Shown one piece after another: positions 39,968-54,050 of a stretch of DNA of 64,000 nucleotides. Under the pieces are notes generated by a model, which saw only the letters and a list, made by a program, of their open reading frames with translations, was not told the origin of the DNA and did no database searches. A program made the position numbers and the translations under genes. Every line of letters starts with the position of its first letter. Position 1 is the first letter of the stretch. Source of the DNA: Octopus vulgaris (taxonomy: Eukaryota); contig OX597829.1 of NCBI GenBank assembly GCA_951406725.2, positions 10,974,001 through 11,038,000 of the forward strand. The letters are read 5' to 3'.

Positions 39968-40817
39968 CTATATGAATGTATATATGTGTATATATACAAA
40001 CTTCAACAAGGTAACAGTCATGTATACAACTTGAACTGACACATATCATTACATAAACATATGTTCACATGTACATACACATGTACACACACAGAGAAAC
40101 GTCTACACACTCTCCTAAATACTTACAGGCATGCACATATGCATACGCACATACATGTACACACATACATACATAAATACGTACATACATACATACATAC
40201 ATAATACATACATACATACATACATACACACACACATACATACGTACATATATATCATGAACTAACTGTTACTTTCTCAGATGCAGCACGAAGCTTTGTC
40301 AGTGAACAGGTCGCGGTTTCAAAGCGACAAAATATTTTGACAAATCAAATTTAAATATTAAAGTGAATCTGACGGTTTTTGTGTGTGTCTTAAATGGCTT
40401 ATAAACACTTTCCACGCTGCAATTGTTTTCGTTCCAGCACACGATCTCAGATCAAGTCACTCGCTTTTATACATAAGTGTATGTAATTATGTATGTATAT
40501 ATATGCGTGTGTCACGCACATGTATTATCTTTTATTGAATATAATGAATATAAACAAGAAAGCTGATATACAGACCTCTTGATCCAAGGAAATCTCACAG
40601 CTTTCAATACGTGTCGATAGCAGTACTACCAGGATGTAGAATCTTTACTATCATTAAGGTGAGTCGACAAATCAGCAACATGTCTCACTTTTTCTTTTGA
40701 GATAGAAAATGCAAAAGATTGAAACGACAAATGTAAAAACTTACCCCGAACTAATTTTGCTGCATTTTTTTTTTTAGCATAAGGCAGGTAGTGAACAGGA
40801 AAATAAAGTCAGATTTG

Positions 40818-41207
40818 TGGCTTGCTTACCAACCACATGGTTCCGGGTTCAGTCCCACTGCGTGGGAACTTGGGCAAATGTCTTCTAGTGTAGCCTCGGG
40901 CCGTCCAAAGCCTTGTGAGTGGATTCGGTAGACGGAAACTGAAAGGAGCCCGTCGTATATATGTATGTGTGTATGTGTGTGTGTGTGTGTGTGAGTGTGT
41001 ATGTTTGTGTGCCTGTGTTTGTCCCACCAACATCGCTTGACAACCGATGATGGTGTGTTTACGTCTCCGTAACTTAGCGGTTCGGCAAAAGTGACCGATA
41101 GAATAAGTACAAGGGTTACAAAAAATAAGTCCTGGGCCCGTTATGCTCGACGAAAGGCGGTGCTCCAGCATGGCCACAGTCAAATGACCGAAACAAGTAA
41201 AAGAGTA
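40818..41207 (+). mobile_element. OK-like SINE
   Basis: GGTTCCGGGTTCAGTCCCACTG head, internal TG repeat, 3' end AAACAAGTAAAAGAG. Confidence 0.85.
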
Positions 41208-41891
41208 AAGCAGTTTAATAAGTTTTGTAGTTTTATTTTTTAAATTTTGGGTGCATACATGTATATGTTTATATGTGTGCGTATGTGTGTGTGTGTGTGT
41301 GAGTGAATGACTGAATGTGTACATGTATGTGTGTGTGCATATATGTGAGGTAGTGAACAAGGATAAAGGTTTATTTATTCAGAGTTTCAAATCTGTAATT
41401 GTTACTGCAGTAATCTATGTCACTTCGTCAGGAGACAAAAATTTTCAGTTTCTAATTTCCTGACGAAATGGCATTAATTACTGCAGAAGCAAATTGTAGA
41501 AACATGAAAATGTTAATAAATATGTCTTTCTTCTCCTTCTTAATCTGCATTTATACTCTAAAGACATTGCAGACAATACACTTATGTCATAGGATTACGC
41601 GTATATGTCATAAACTCTATGATATATGTTCTTAGAATATACAAATCATACGGAAACGCACTCAATACTTTGTATATGTATGTGTGTCTGTATGTGTATA
41701 TAAACATACACACACACATACAAGAAATGATATACGGAGAAGAAATAAAAAAAACACTGGCAAAACTTTGTTGTAAAATTTTAAAACATTAAAACACAAA
41801 TAGCAAAAGATGGCAAGACAGGAGGAATGAGAAAGAGAATATCTTTTTTAAATATTAAGGGAAAATTAAAAGAGAAAGTAATTAGTGCGGC

Positions 41892-41940
<49 letters not shown>

Positions 41941-42474
41941 GAGTGGGGGAGGCAGAAATAAAAGAAAAAGCAAAAAAAAAAAGATATTTTAAGAAAGGAA
42001 GGAAGATGAAGAAGTGAAGGAGGCAAATAAAAATATTGTTAAACAGATAAAAATACAATTACAATTTTTTTAGTTAAATGTAAAATTGATTTTTAGATAG
42101 AAACAATTCATTACAGAATAAGCTTACACTGTTGACAACAGCTATTTTACTTCACGCCGTTGTTCTTCTTACTTCTCCTCTTCCTCTTCTTCCCGATCTT
42201 CTTTTCCTTCTTCTTCACTTCTCTTTCTTATTTTTGTTTCCATTGTTCTCGTTTTCCCTTGTTCTCCTTTTTCTTCTCATTCATCTGATTTCTTCTTTTC
42301 CCCTTCTTCTCCTTCTTCATTTTCTTCTTTATCTCCTTCTTCTTCGTCTTCTTTCATAGTTCTCATTCCTTCTTTTTCTCTTTTTTCTTCTCATTCCTCT
42401 TCTCTTTCATTTGTTTTCATTTGTTTCTTCACATTCTTCTTCTTCTTCTTCTTCTTCTTCTTCTTCTTCTTCTT

Positions 42475-42586
<112 letters not shown>

Positions 42587-44194
42587 ATTTATGTCTCCAT
42601 TTTCTGTTACGTCTTCTCTTTCTCTTTCTTTTCCTCTTTCATTTTCTTTCTTTTTTCTTCTTCTCCAGCTTCTATTCTTTTCTTCTTATTCTTCTTTTCT
42701 AGTACCATGACTACAGCTACTTCTACTTCCTTTCTGCTAACTCTTGTATTGTTTTTTCTCTTTTCTACATTTGCTAATTGTATTTCTTCTACATCTCTCT
42801 CTCCTCCTGCTTCTACTATTCCTTCTTCTACATCTTCATCTTATCTCTACCACAACTACTACCACTACTACCACTACACCTTCATTTAACTTCCTTTATT
42901 TCTCTTTTTTTCTTCTACCTCAACGTTTTGTTCATATTCCCGTATTTTTCTTCGTCTTCTTTTTCTAACCTTTTATTCTTCATATTCTTCTTGCCCTCTC
43001 TTCTTTTTTCTATTTCTTTCTTCTTATCCTTTTGTTTTTGCAATGTTTAATTTTTTACGTACCATTTCATATCATCTTTTTTTTTATTTATTTCAATCCT
43101 TTCTTTCAATCGTTCGTGAAAATATGCCGATGTAGAGAAGTATAATCGGCGATTTAATAATACTGGTGCTCTATTTATCCTGAGATTAATTTTATTGCGA
43201 TACAATCTCCGAACTGGAAGCCAAAGTTAACTTGATGCCGAAACATTGTCAGGAAATCTATCGCTTTGTTTCCTTTCTTTTACTTTTACTTTTCTTTTTC
43301 TATTTTTTGTTTTTGTTACGGAGGTGGGGGAAATATTTTGTTTTTATAGTATTTTTTTGCCTTCATTTATCATTTTCTTTTACTCTTAATTTTTGTTTTG
43401 TTTTTTTTCTATTTAATGTATGGCAAATATGGCAGAGGGAGGAACCTCCAGTTTTTTGAAGCCCTACAAATGGAACATTTAAAACAAGATTGAGTCAGTT
43501 GGTGGCCGGTTCAACTGTTGCAGACCGAAAAATTACTTTAAAAGAATTTATAAATAAAGAATAAATTTGAGGCTGGAATAAGGTTGCTTCTATGAAATAC
43601 TTTAGTAAAGAATGAGATGACTCAAAAAGACAGCCTTTTCTAAGAATGATCTCTCGTGTGAGAGGCAGATAGATGAAAAGAAACAAGCAAACAAATAAAC
43701 AAAGTTAAAGAGAGAAGAAAGAAGTTTTTAAAAGAAAGACAGAATTTATTTGAGAGAAGTGGGAGGTAGAATCGAATTAATTCGAAAAACGCTGCATAAA
43801 ATCTCTGCAGCCGAGTGGTAGGCAGAATGGTATTTCCTAAAAATAGTGCTAGTAATGCTTACTGCAAAACGGTTATAAAACAAAACGAATGAAGACTTGT
43901 AAATTCTTCGCTTTAAGTTGAGATTTATGCAATGAAACAAATTTCAGTCCGCCTTTCCTTGGAATATTAACCTAGTATTCTGGTATCACCTCACAAAACT
44001 TACACGCCATGAAATTAAAAAAAAAAAGAAATGCAGTCTTTATTCAGTCCTTTCTTCCAAACTGTCACCACATTCCTATATTCTATCAGTTCACAGTTTG
44101 TCTGTAAATAGCACACTGGATAGTTTCAATTTCTCTTGTAGAACAAACAAAACCCTTCTCTGTTACACATACATATGCGATGTCTGCTTCTCTT

Positions 44195-44245
<51 letters not shown>

Positions 44246-44273
44246 TTCCTCTTGTATATATACACATACACAG

Positions 44274-44308
<35 letters not shown>

Positions 44309-44351
44309 AAATACTTATGCATTCATATGTATGCACGTATGTATATATATA

Positions 44352-44398
<47 letters not shown>

Positions 44399-44573
44399 AA
44401 TAAGAAAATCGAGGAATAGATTCCTTTCAATCATCAACTTCCAGATAATACCAATTCATATAATTTATTAACTAATAAATTAAATTAAATAGGAACATTC
44501 AAATCCAACAGAATAAGACAGAATATACATCAATAAGTAAGATAATACCATAAAAATAATACATATAAAATGG

Positions 44574-44703
44574 ATCTTACAGCTGTTTCAGCCTGTAGAT
44601 AAGGGTATCTCATTATGCCCATATTAGTCAGATGTATTGAGGTAATATGCAGTTAAAAATGAGGCCTTGAGATATATATTTATCTCAAGGCCTCGTCTGA
44701 GAT
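44574..44703 (-). ncRNA. Hammerhead ribozyme motif with long stem II (U4>A in this copy)
   Basis: ATCT-CAGACGA-GGCC...(~95 nt)...GGCT-GAAA-CAGCTG-TA-AGAT. Confidence 0.6.
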
Positions 44704-44818
44704 TATAAAGTACAATTATGAAGATATGAAATGAAGATATAAAGTGCAAATATAAATATTAAACAAGTACACATATACAAGAATATGCATATATACATAT
44801 ATACATATATATATATAT

Positions 44819-44849
<31 letters not shown>

Positions 44850-45014
44850 AGTGTATATACACCTACATATACATATATATAAGTATATACATAATAATAT
44901 ACATACACATAAGGTTACAGTTGATCAAATCTATATACTGGAATATACATATATATCCACATCAAAAGGTACATATACAAAGTCCAAAGTTCATTGCATT
45001 ACATTACTAAAAAC

Positions 45015-45112
<98 letters not shown>

Positions 45113-46937
45113 CCAATGTAGGAATATGTGCATCCTGCTATTCACAATACATTGTAGATGGAAAATACCACATAAAATATAGTATAATATAATTCAATGT
45201 AACACAACATAATATGATATATTATATTACATATTACATATACAATGTATAATATAGTATAATATAATATATAGACAGATGCATATGGGAGATGCCAGTA
45301 TATTAATTCAATAAAATAAAATAATTCAATACAATATACAATGTCACAATATACAATGTCATTATATTCATATATCATACAGCGAAAATCGAAACTTTAG
45401 TCTAAATCTGCATACATATATATACACACAGGTGCCAAATACATGCACATGCATATACATACATGCGCAAAAACATTCATTAATACATATACATATATAA
45501 AGAGATTTTATCCTTTTACATCATACAAAAGATATATGCATGTACATACATAGAGTTCGCAGATCAATAGGTGAGTGATAGGTCGTAACGGGCTGAGAGA
45601 TTATTTACAATCTCAAGCTCAATTCAATTGGTTGGCACATTTGAATTTCATTGTCTTTGTTACGGTTGGTTGGTTAAAATACACATACGTACATACATAC
45701 ATATATGCGCACATACACACGTGCACATAGATAAACATAAGCACATAAATACACACATACATACATACTTACATACATACGTACATATCCATATACATAC
45801 ATATATACACATACCTATAAACACCCACATACACATATATATATACATACATAGACATACATACTAATAACTAAAAAAATAATATTATAAACCATTAAAA
45901 GTGAAAACTATGCTAATTTCTAATGTGTAAAAAATGGCCTAAAAGGGTAATAAACGTTAGGATTAATATTTGGCAAAGGTTGGAAAATATTCAGACAAAG
46001 CTTTCGAAAGAAAAAGAAACTATGCAAAACACATTTGACAACATTTAAGGTATAGAAATAGGAAGAAATTTACGAAAGATACAAAAATCAAAATTCACCG
46101 TGTAAATAAACCGTTGCTGTAATGCGAATCCAAACAATCAACTTAACCTCTCCATTTAAACTCGTTGCAAAAGTTGAGTTGTATAAAATACCGTAATAAA
46201 AACAATATATTCTGTATCTGACCATATATTATTATATATCTACTAATTTGAGCTTATTATTGTTGATGTTATAGAGATCGATATACTGTTTTAATGTTAC
46301 TCAAAAACGTAACTATTCATATTATAATTCACTATTAATACCTATCCAATCATTTATACATCCATTTACTAATATAAGGTGGTTATTTAATATGAATCCG
46401 AGGTTATTCATTATCATATCTATGTACCCCTAAACATAATAGGTAATTTATTATTGATCAAAGGTAATATAATTTATATCCTCGCAATTAAAAAAAATGT
46501 TTCAAAACCAATGTCGAGATTGACCACATACTAGGTTACAACTAAACAGACAAATATACGGTCCACCCAATACCAATAAACCTGTAAAATGCAACAAAAA
46601 TCTGAATCCAATATAGGTTGGGGAACATAAGTAAGTATATATATGCACATACATATATACACTCATATACGTACATAAACATCCCCATGCACACGTACAT
46701 ACAGACCTATAAACAGCCACATATATGCATAATATACATATACAATATACAAACAAATACTCATATATACACAGACAAGAAAATTCATACATACACACAT
46801 ACATATGTACTTATATACCCATATAACGACACATAAATATACATAAATACACATCCATATGTACACACACATACACAACTTCAACAGCACATACACATAC
46901 ACACAAAACATATGCATACAAATATGCATGACTACAC

Positions 46938-46988
<51 letters not shown>

Positions 46989-47036
46989 TATATAGATAGA
47001 TATATATACGGGTGTGTGTGATTGTGTATAGAAGAA

Positions 47037-47438
47037 TATATTAATAAAAGGAATTCCGACCTTGTCTGATTTTCACGTTTTATTTACAATCTTATAATGA
47101 TATAAGATGATATAATAAAATAAAATAAAATAATAGAATGTTAAATGTTCATTCTGATTGAACTAGTACTGTCATGCATTAAATTCTGCAATCTTCAGGT
47201 TCATGTAGTAGTAGTGACAGTCATGCTTCACAATTTGTGAAGCAATTTGTGAAGCATGACTGTCACCACTAGTACATGAACCTGAAGATTGCATAATTTA
47301 ATGCATGACAGTACTAGTTCAATCAGAATGAACATTTAACATTCTATTATTTTATTTTATTTTATTATATCATCTTATATCATTATAAGATTGTAAATAA
47401 AACGTGAAAATCAGACAAGGTCGGAATTCCTTTTATTA

Positions 47439-47443
<5 letters not shown>
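47037..47443. repeat. ~400-bp near-perfect palindrome (fold-back Penelope-like pLTR) in (TA)n
   Basis: ~195-bp arms; hammerhead-like motif at 47277-47321. Confidence 0.85.
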
Positions 47444-47481
<38 letters not shown>

Positions 47482-47484
<3 letters not shown>

Positions 47485-48203
47485 TAGCATTAAAGACCCA
47501 TCGTTGCCGGGTCATTGTGCTAGTGCATGTATATATGTGTACATATTACATGTACAACTATATATATACATCTACACATAAAATATAAAATACAAAGTTA
47601 TATCTTGATATCGCTAGTGATAACAATACGCAAAATATATAACAGACTGGAATTGTTAGCTCTTCTTTTTTCTCTACATTGTATACTTTATAGACAATAG
47701 TCTTTTCTTTAATTTAATTTTTTATTATCCATCTAGACTATTCCATTTCTGCACGCTAATTTTATTTCTAATTTATTCTCATTCATGTGAAACCACTTAT
47801 TCAAGTTCAAATCATTGATGCAATTTTATACCAATTGCTATTTTTACTTTTGTTATGTTACGATTATATTATACTTTAGTTTGATTTTAATTATTACTTA
47901 CTACATATAATTCAATTGTTATTATTATTTTTATTGTTAAAGTGAAAGCATCTGACATAAGATAGAGAAATATGTTTGTTTCACTTTTAACACGTAATAC
48001 TGAAATAGTGGAGAAGATATGATATTGCTATGGGTTCGCTGTAGGCAAGAATTTGAACATTTTTTTTGCTCATGAAACTACATGGACCCTAAGTAAGGCA
48101 TGTGTAAAATATGAATGAAATTGGTTTTGTAGTTCTCAAATTTTAGGGAAACACTCAGACAGACAGACAGACACACACACATTCTCAGTTTTATATATAT
48201 AAA
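47482..48203 (+). mobile_element. Helentron/HINE (DINE-1)-like non-autonomous rolling-circle element
   Basis: 5' ACTAGCA..ACCC.TCGTTGCCGGG; 3' AAAATATGAATGAAATTGGTT...(CAGA)n...TTTTATATATATA; inserted in a TA tract. Confidence 0.6.
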
Positions 48204-48208
48204 GATAT

Positions 48209-48259
<51 letters not shown>

Positions 48260-48923
48260 CACACATATATATACACCTATACACATACACACACATATAC
48301 ATACACAAATGTACACATATACATATATATATACATATATACACATATACATATACAAATGTACACATATACATATATATGTACACATATACATATATAA
48401 TGAATAATCGAGTGCCAGTAAATAAAAAAGTGCAAATAAGTACAAATATACATAAAAAGAACTTAATATTGAAGACCACCAAGTGGATTCATACAAAGAC
48501 CTACATGAAAAATAGTTATATGCCAGTATATACGTACACACTTACATATACCCCCATATGCATGTATACATACGTATGCATCTAAAAGTGAACACCATAT
48601 GTTTAGTACATAGACCCAAATTAAGTACACATCAATACACCGAAGTCCCAAACTGAATGCATATGATATGGTGTACATATACGTGCGAGACCAGTAGAAA
48701 ATTCGATATGTATAAAAAAGACATATATCAAAATATACAGATATATTCAAAAATTAAACAAACCAAAACACTTATACATAGAAATATAAAATTAGAATGC
48801 CCATGATTTATGTCAGAATCAGTATTCCTAGATAAAAACAGTAATAAGTCTATAACAGCTATTTAAGTCATTAAAATTACTAATTTAAAACTAAGTGCTA
48901 TTTAAATCTAGAGAAAGTATACG

Positions 48924-49866
48924 CTAGCCTATGAAGGCAAGACAATTTATAATAGGTAAATTAGCTTTGATAATAAAGAAAATTTCATTGATGCATAAAG
49001 AGCATTTCCTAGTTCTATTATGATACGCTGGTGCAGAAGTATGTATTTTCCAATGTAAAATATAATCTATATTCTTGCTCTTAAGCTCCCAAATATATGT
49101 ACTTAACCCTGTAGAATTAATCCTATTCTTTTTCCTAAAAGTGTATATATGATAGTTAAGCCTCTGTTTCATACTATTTTAGTAGCACCAATATATACCC
49201 TACTATCGTATTGTATACTCACAATACATTGGTAAACCACCTCTTTTTTCAAGCATTCATTATTGAACACACAGTTGTCTTTAATTCTGCAATTGCAGCT
49301 GTTATTTAATTGAAAAAGTTTGACCTTATTACGATTATCGGCATCAATATTATTACTGATAATGTTAACATCATTCTCAATACTTATTCCTATATTCAAC
49401 GGTGGTCTATATTTAACATTATTAATAATATTCAAATCGTTAGAACTACTACTACTAATACCAATATCATCAACCAAGTTACTATTCGTCGCTACAGAAA
49501 TACCGCTATTATTACTTCCATACGGGCTACTCACACTCGCAATATTAAAATTATTAAATCTGAAGTTGTAGTGAGGCACATTACTGCTACACATGTTATA
49601 TCTTTCTATCACGATAGAAATGGTCTAATTTTCTATTATGAAAGGAGGAAATAATGGTGGCTAAATTATGAGTAAGGCTGTATCCTATTCTAATAGTAAT
49701 ATTATAAATTATGTTACAATATTTATTCTTTCCCTTCTCAAAATGCTTGTACAATAACCTATGGATAATTCCAACTATGTCAGTTTTAATTTACATAGCA
49801 TATGGAATTATTAGCCATATGGAATTATTAGCCATATGGAATTATTAGCCATATGGAATTATTAGC
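48924..49866 (-). pseudogene. PLE C-terminal region: Asn/Ser-rich linker + GIY-YIG endonuclease
   Basis: CNCRIKDNC..ECLKKEVVYQC..VYIGAT..KQRLNYH..STGLSTYIWELK..CSLCINE. Confidence 0.88.
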
Positions 49867-49938
<72 letters not shown>

Positions 49939-51846
49939 CAGTAGTATATTTTTTATATCGTGCTTTCACTTCACTACCGAGCGCAGCTATGTGTGCCTTG
50001 GGTATGTGCTGTGATTTGTTGTGATGCTCTGATGGTTATTGTATGGAAAGTGTTCTGCGTAGGATGTGTGCAGTGTCTAGTAGTGCAATTTTCTGTATGT
50101 TATATGTGTTTGTAAGTCCTGGTGTTTTTGTTATGTATTTGTCTGAATATTGTTTTATCATGCCTAATGCACCTATTATGATAGGAATTGTTCCTGTTTT
50201 TAGATTCCACATTCGAGTTACCTCTATTTCCAGGTCTTTATATTTTGAAAGTTTCTCCATTTCTTTTAGAGAAAGTTGTCATCCGCTGGTATTGATACAT
50301 CAATTAGGAAACATTTTTTTTCTTCATGATCTCTGACAACTATATCTGGTCTGTTGCCCTTAATTTCTCTATCTGTGTGTATTGACATATCCCAGAGTAT
50401 GGTTGCTTTCTCGTTTTCTGTGACCTTTTCTGGTGTGTGCTTATACCATCTTTTTTCTGTTGTTATTCCATAATGTTGGCATAGTTTCCAGTGTGTATAG
50501 GTCCCAACACTGTCGTGTCTGTGAATATATTCCTTCTTAGCCAGACTGGGCAGCCGGAGATAATATGATTTATTGTTTCTTGTCCATCTCCACATATTCT
50601 GCAGTTACTTGTTATATTTCTTTTCATTACATGTTTTTGGTAATTTCTTGTGGGGAGGCTTTGGTCTTTTCCTGCAATTAAAAATCCTTCTGTCTCTGCT
50701 TTGAGTCCTGAGCTTCTCAACCATTGTTGGGATTTTTCTTTGTCTATTTCTTTTGCATTTAGTTTAGTGCAGTATTTGCCATGAAGGGGCTTTTCTTGCC
50801 ATCGTTTTATCATGGTTCGTTGCTGTTCTATTTTTAGTTTGGATTTCATTTGTTTTATAGCTTTTGTTGTTTCTTCTTCTTCTTCTTCTTCTTCTTCTTC
50901 TTCTTCTTCTTCTTCTTCTTCTTCTTCTTCTTCTTCTTCTTCTTCTTCTTCTTCTTCTTCTTCTTCTTCTTCTTCTTCTTCTTCTTCTTCATATTTGTTA
51001 GGTGGTATGATTTCTTGTTTGTATTTGTCAGCTTCCTTTAAATACTGAGAACAGTTTTTTGTTTTGCTCGTGTTTTGCCGCTATTTGGATCAGTTTTCCT
51101 TCGTTCTGAAGTAGATATTTTTGCAATCCTATGGTGGTTATTTTATAGTAGTTTTCCAGCTGTATAAGGCCACTACCACCATCTATACGTTGTATATATA
51201 GCCTTTCTATGTCAGATTTTGGGTGATGCATCCTAGAGCCTGTCATTATTTTTCTTGTTTTCCTATCTATTTTGGTCAGTTCATTTAGTGTCCAGTTAAG
51301 GATATTGTAGCTGTAACTTATAACTGGGACGGCTAAAGTGTTGATACCTATTATCTTGTTTTTAGCATTGAGCTCTGTTTTCAGTATTGATCTAACTCGT
51401 CTATAATATTCTTTTTTTATTTTCTCTTTCATTTGTGTGTGTTGTGTCTTATCTAGTTCATGGATTCCTAAGTATTTGTAAGTTTGGCTTTGGTCTAATT
51501 CTTTTATTTCATTAGTTTTATCTAGTGTGATGCTGCTACTCTTAATTAGTTTTCCTCTTTTCAGGGTTACTTTCGCGCATTTCTCTAATCCAAATTTCAT
51601 ATCTATTTCTTTGGTAAATCCATGAACTGTCTTTAGTAGTGTTTCCAGCTGTTTGTCATTTGTAGCGTATAGTTTTAGATCATCCATATATAAAAGGTGG
51701 CTGATCGTTTTGCCGTAACATTTATATCCGCATCCAGTTCTGTTTAGCATATCCAATAGAGGTGACAGTGCCAAGTAGAAAAGGAGTGGAGAGAGCGTAT
51801 CTCCCTGAAATATTCCTCTTCTAATGGGGATGGCTTTGGTTTTCAT
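49939..51846 (-). mobile_element. Dong family A, 5'-truncated, nested in the PLE ORF
   Basis: Near-identical to 12276-14088; (TAA)n on both sides. Confidence 0.93.
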
Positions 51847-51859
51847 TATTATTTGGTTT

Positions 51860-51940
<81 letters not shown>

Positions 51941-51941
<1 letters not shown>

Positions 51942-53598
51942 CAATGTTATGTGCTAAGTTATTTAATATAAGATCATTAGCTCAGTTTATACCGTTACTA
52001 GTATTATTACCATTCACAATATTATGTTCCTTATTGCCCTTTACCCTAGAGTTGCCGTTAGCCCCACCCAACCCATTTATATTTGTTGTAGTAGACCTAC
52101 TTCTATCCCTAAGGTTGTTACTAGGTATATACTTAATTTTACCCGTATAACCTGCCTTATGTAATGCAGAGTTGTATTTTTCACCATGTCTATTAAATAT
52201 ATCCACGTTCGAGGATAGATAAGAGATTCTCTGACTAATACTAAGCAAAAGTGGGCTTTTAATTTGAGGGGGGGTGATTGCTAGAGTAGTTTATATAGAC
52301 TAAATTAGAATTAGGTTTAACATAAGGTTCATGTATTCCATTAGTAAGGTTGCAATTAACATCTAAATATCTGACAGAGTAATTTTCATTTTCAATAATT
52401 ATAGATAAACCAAAACTCTTTAAAATTTTTTGCAGTCGTTTTTTCAGTAAATCTAGTCTCCTATTAGATGTATTCTTTACTAAAAACAAAGCGTCATCTC
52501 TATATAGGCCGCCCTTCATTTCAGGGAATTCCCTATTTAAATTATCTAGTAAATACATCCCTACTAAATCAGTCACTTCTGCTGAATCCGGCGATACCAT
52601 AGTGATGTCAAATAAATTGGGTGTGTCCTTCCTAGCCCATAATTTGTTATCAAATTCTATTACTGTTTTCCTAGCCGTTAAAATAACCTTGATTTCCCTC
52701 ATGGTTATGTTAGTGTGTCTCTTACCAAAAATTAAAGCCTGGTTCAGTATAATAGGGTTTATAGAAGAGTAATAGTTCTGTATATCTAGTTGGATAAATT
52801 TATTGTTACTATCATTACTAACCTTAATACCAGAGAACCAATCCAGTGTACCCTGTGTAATCTTCCAAAGACTAAGCTTAATTTTGTTTCGTATAGTTGG
52901 TAAGTATTTGTCTAGGATTAGTTTGCTTAAATCAGACTTGCTAGGACAAATCAGTCTAACCTGTGTATTACCAAGGAAATTATCCTTGTGATCCTTAATT
53001 GTAATTCTAGGTTTAATGGGAGTATAGGGTTCAGTTTTATCTTCTAGATAGTAATCAAACATAATTTCCTTAGCTTCTAAATTTAATTTTCTGAGTGTAT
53101 CAAAGGGTACAATCTTATACTTCTTCGTAGTTTCTTTATGCAATAACTCGTGGTATGTAAGAATGTCAATATTGTAAATGTAACTAGTTTTCTCAGAATG
53201 AGTTAATATACCATTCTTACCCTTAAGAGTTCTTATTAATTCCTTTAATTTTCTTTGGTACGGGTTCTTCCTCAATGGGTGGTTTTTAAATTTAATATTT
53301 CTGATGGTGTCCCATAATTCCTGCTCGAAGTTTTCCAGATGTTTGTTTGGTGGTGGTGATTTCCTTGATTTGAAGGTGTTTCCCGTTAGTTTAATTGGTT
53401 CCTCATAGTTACTCCTTGTTCCATGCGTTTGGGGTCATTACTTCCTTCCAGGTTCACTTTTCTAATATTGTTTTCGTGGTGGAATACTTTCCATCTAATC
53501 CTGCATATAAGCTCGTTCATTCTGTAAATAAGCTCTTTAGTGTAGTGGTCCCTAGTTGGAATGGGTACATCCTTCTCCATTTTACCAGCATTAATCAT
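51941..53598 (-). pseudogene. PLE reverse transcriptase, frameshifted
   Basis: KDHKDNF..RLICPSKS, FIQLDIQNYYSSI, FDITM.S.DSAE, GLYRDDALF, YLDV, YVKPN..YINYSSNHPP. Confidence 0.9.
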
Positions 53599-53977
53599 CC
53601 TGTACTATACTTGAATGCATTCACTTATACCATCAACACTTAAAGTATTGAGTAGATATTTCATGTACGTAAGTATTAGCAATTCAAATTCCTCAGAAAA
53701 TTAACTTAATAGTACAAAGTGAGATAGGAGTTATGAGTGTAACCCACTATGGGATATCATTTATCCAATATACTGCCAGTAAAGTACCCAAAAGGCTAAT
53801 ACATAAATGCTTACAATTGCAATGCAATTAGTTCATTTATTGTATTATATGGGCGGAGGTAAAATGTTTTACCTCAAATTTATAATACAAAATAAGAAAA
53901 TGGAGGAATAGATTCCTTTCAATCATCAGCTTCCAGATAAGACCAATTCATATAATTTATTAACTAATTAATTAAAT

Positions 53978-54046
<69 letters not shown>

Positions 54047-54050
<4 letters not shown>

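Larger units (their letters stand above)
37381..40465 (+). mobile_element. 5'-truncated Penelope-like element (Naiad-like, tentative) with a long inverted pLTR
   Basis: 37381-38247 is an inverted copy of 39717-40427; between them are thumb and GIY-YIG coding remnants. Confidence 0.85.
44395..53980 (-). mobile_element. Probably complete Penelope-like element with nested insertions
   Basis: Direct repeat of the pLTR end (44396-44490 ~ 53887-53979) brackets RT and GIY-YIG ORF pieces; TA repeats on both flanks. Confidence 0.75.

Noticed and set aside
49799-49866. Short direct repeats resembling a CRISPR array
   Set aside because: No spacers, eukaryotic context and no cas genes; it is a tandem duplication.
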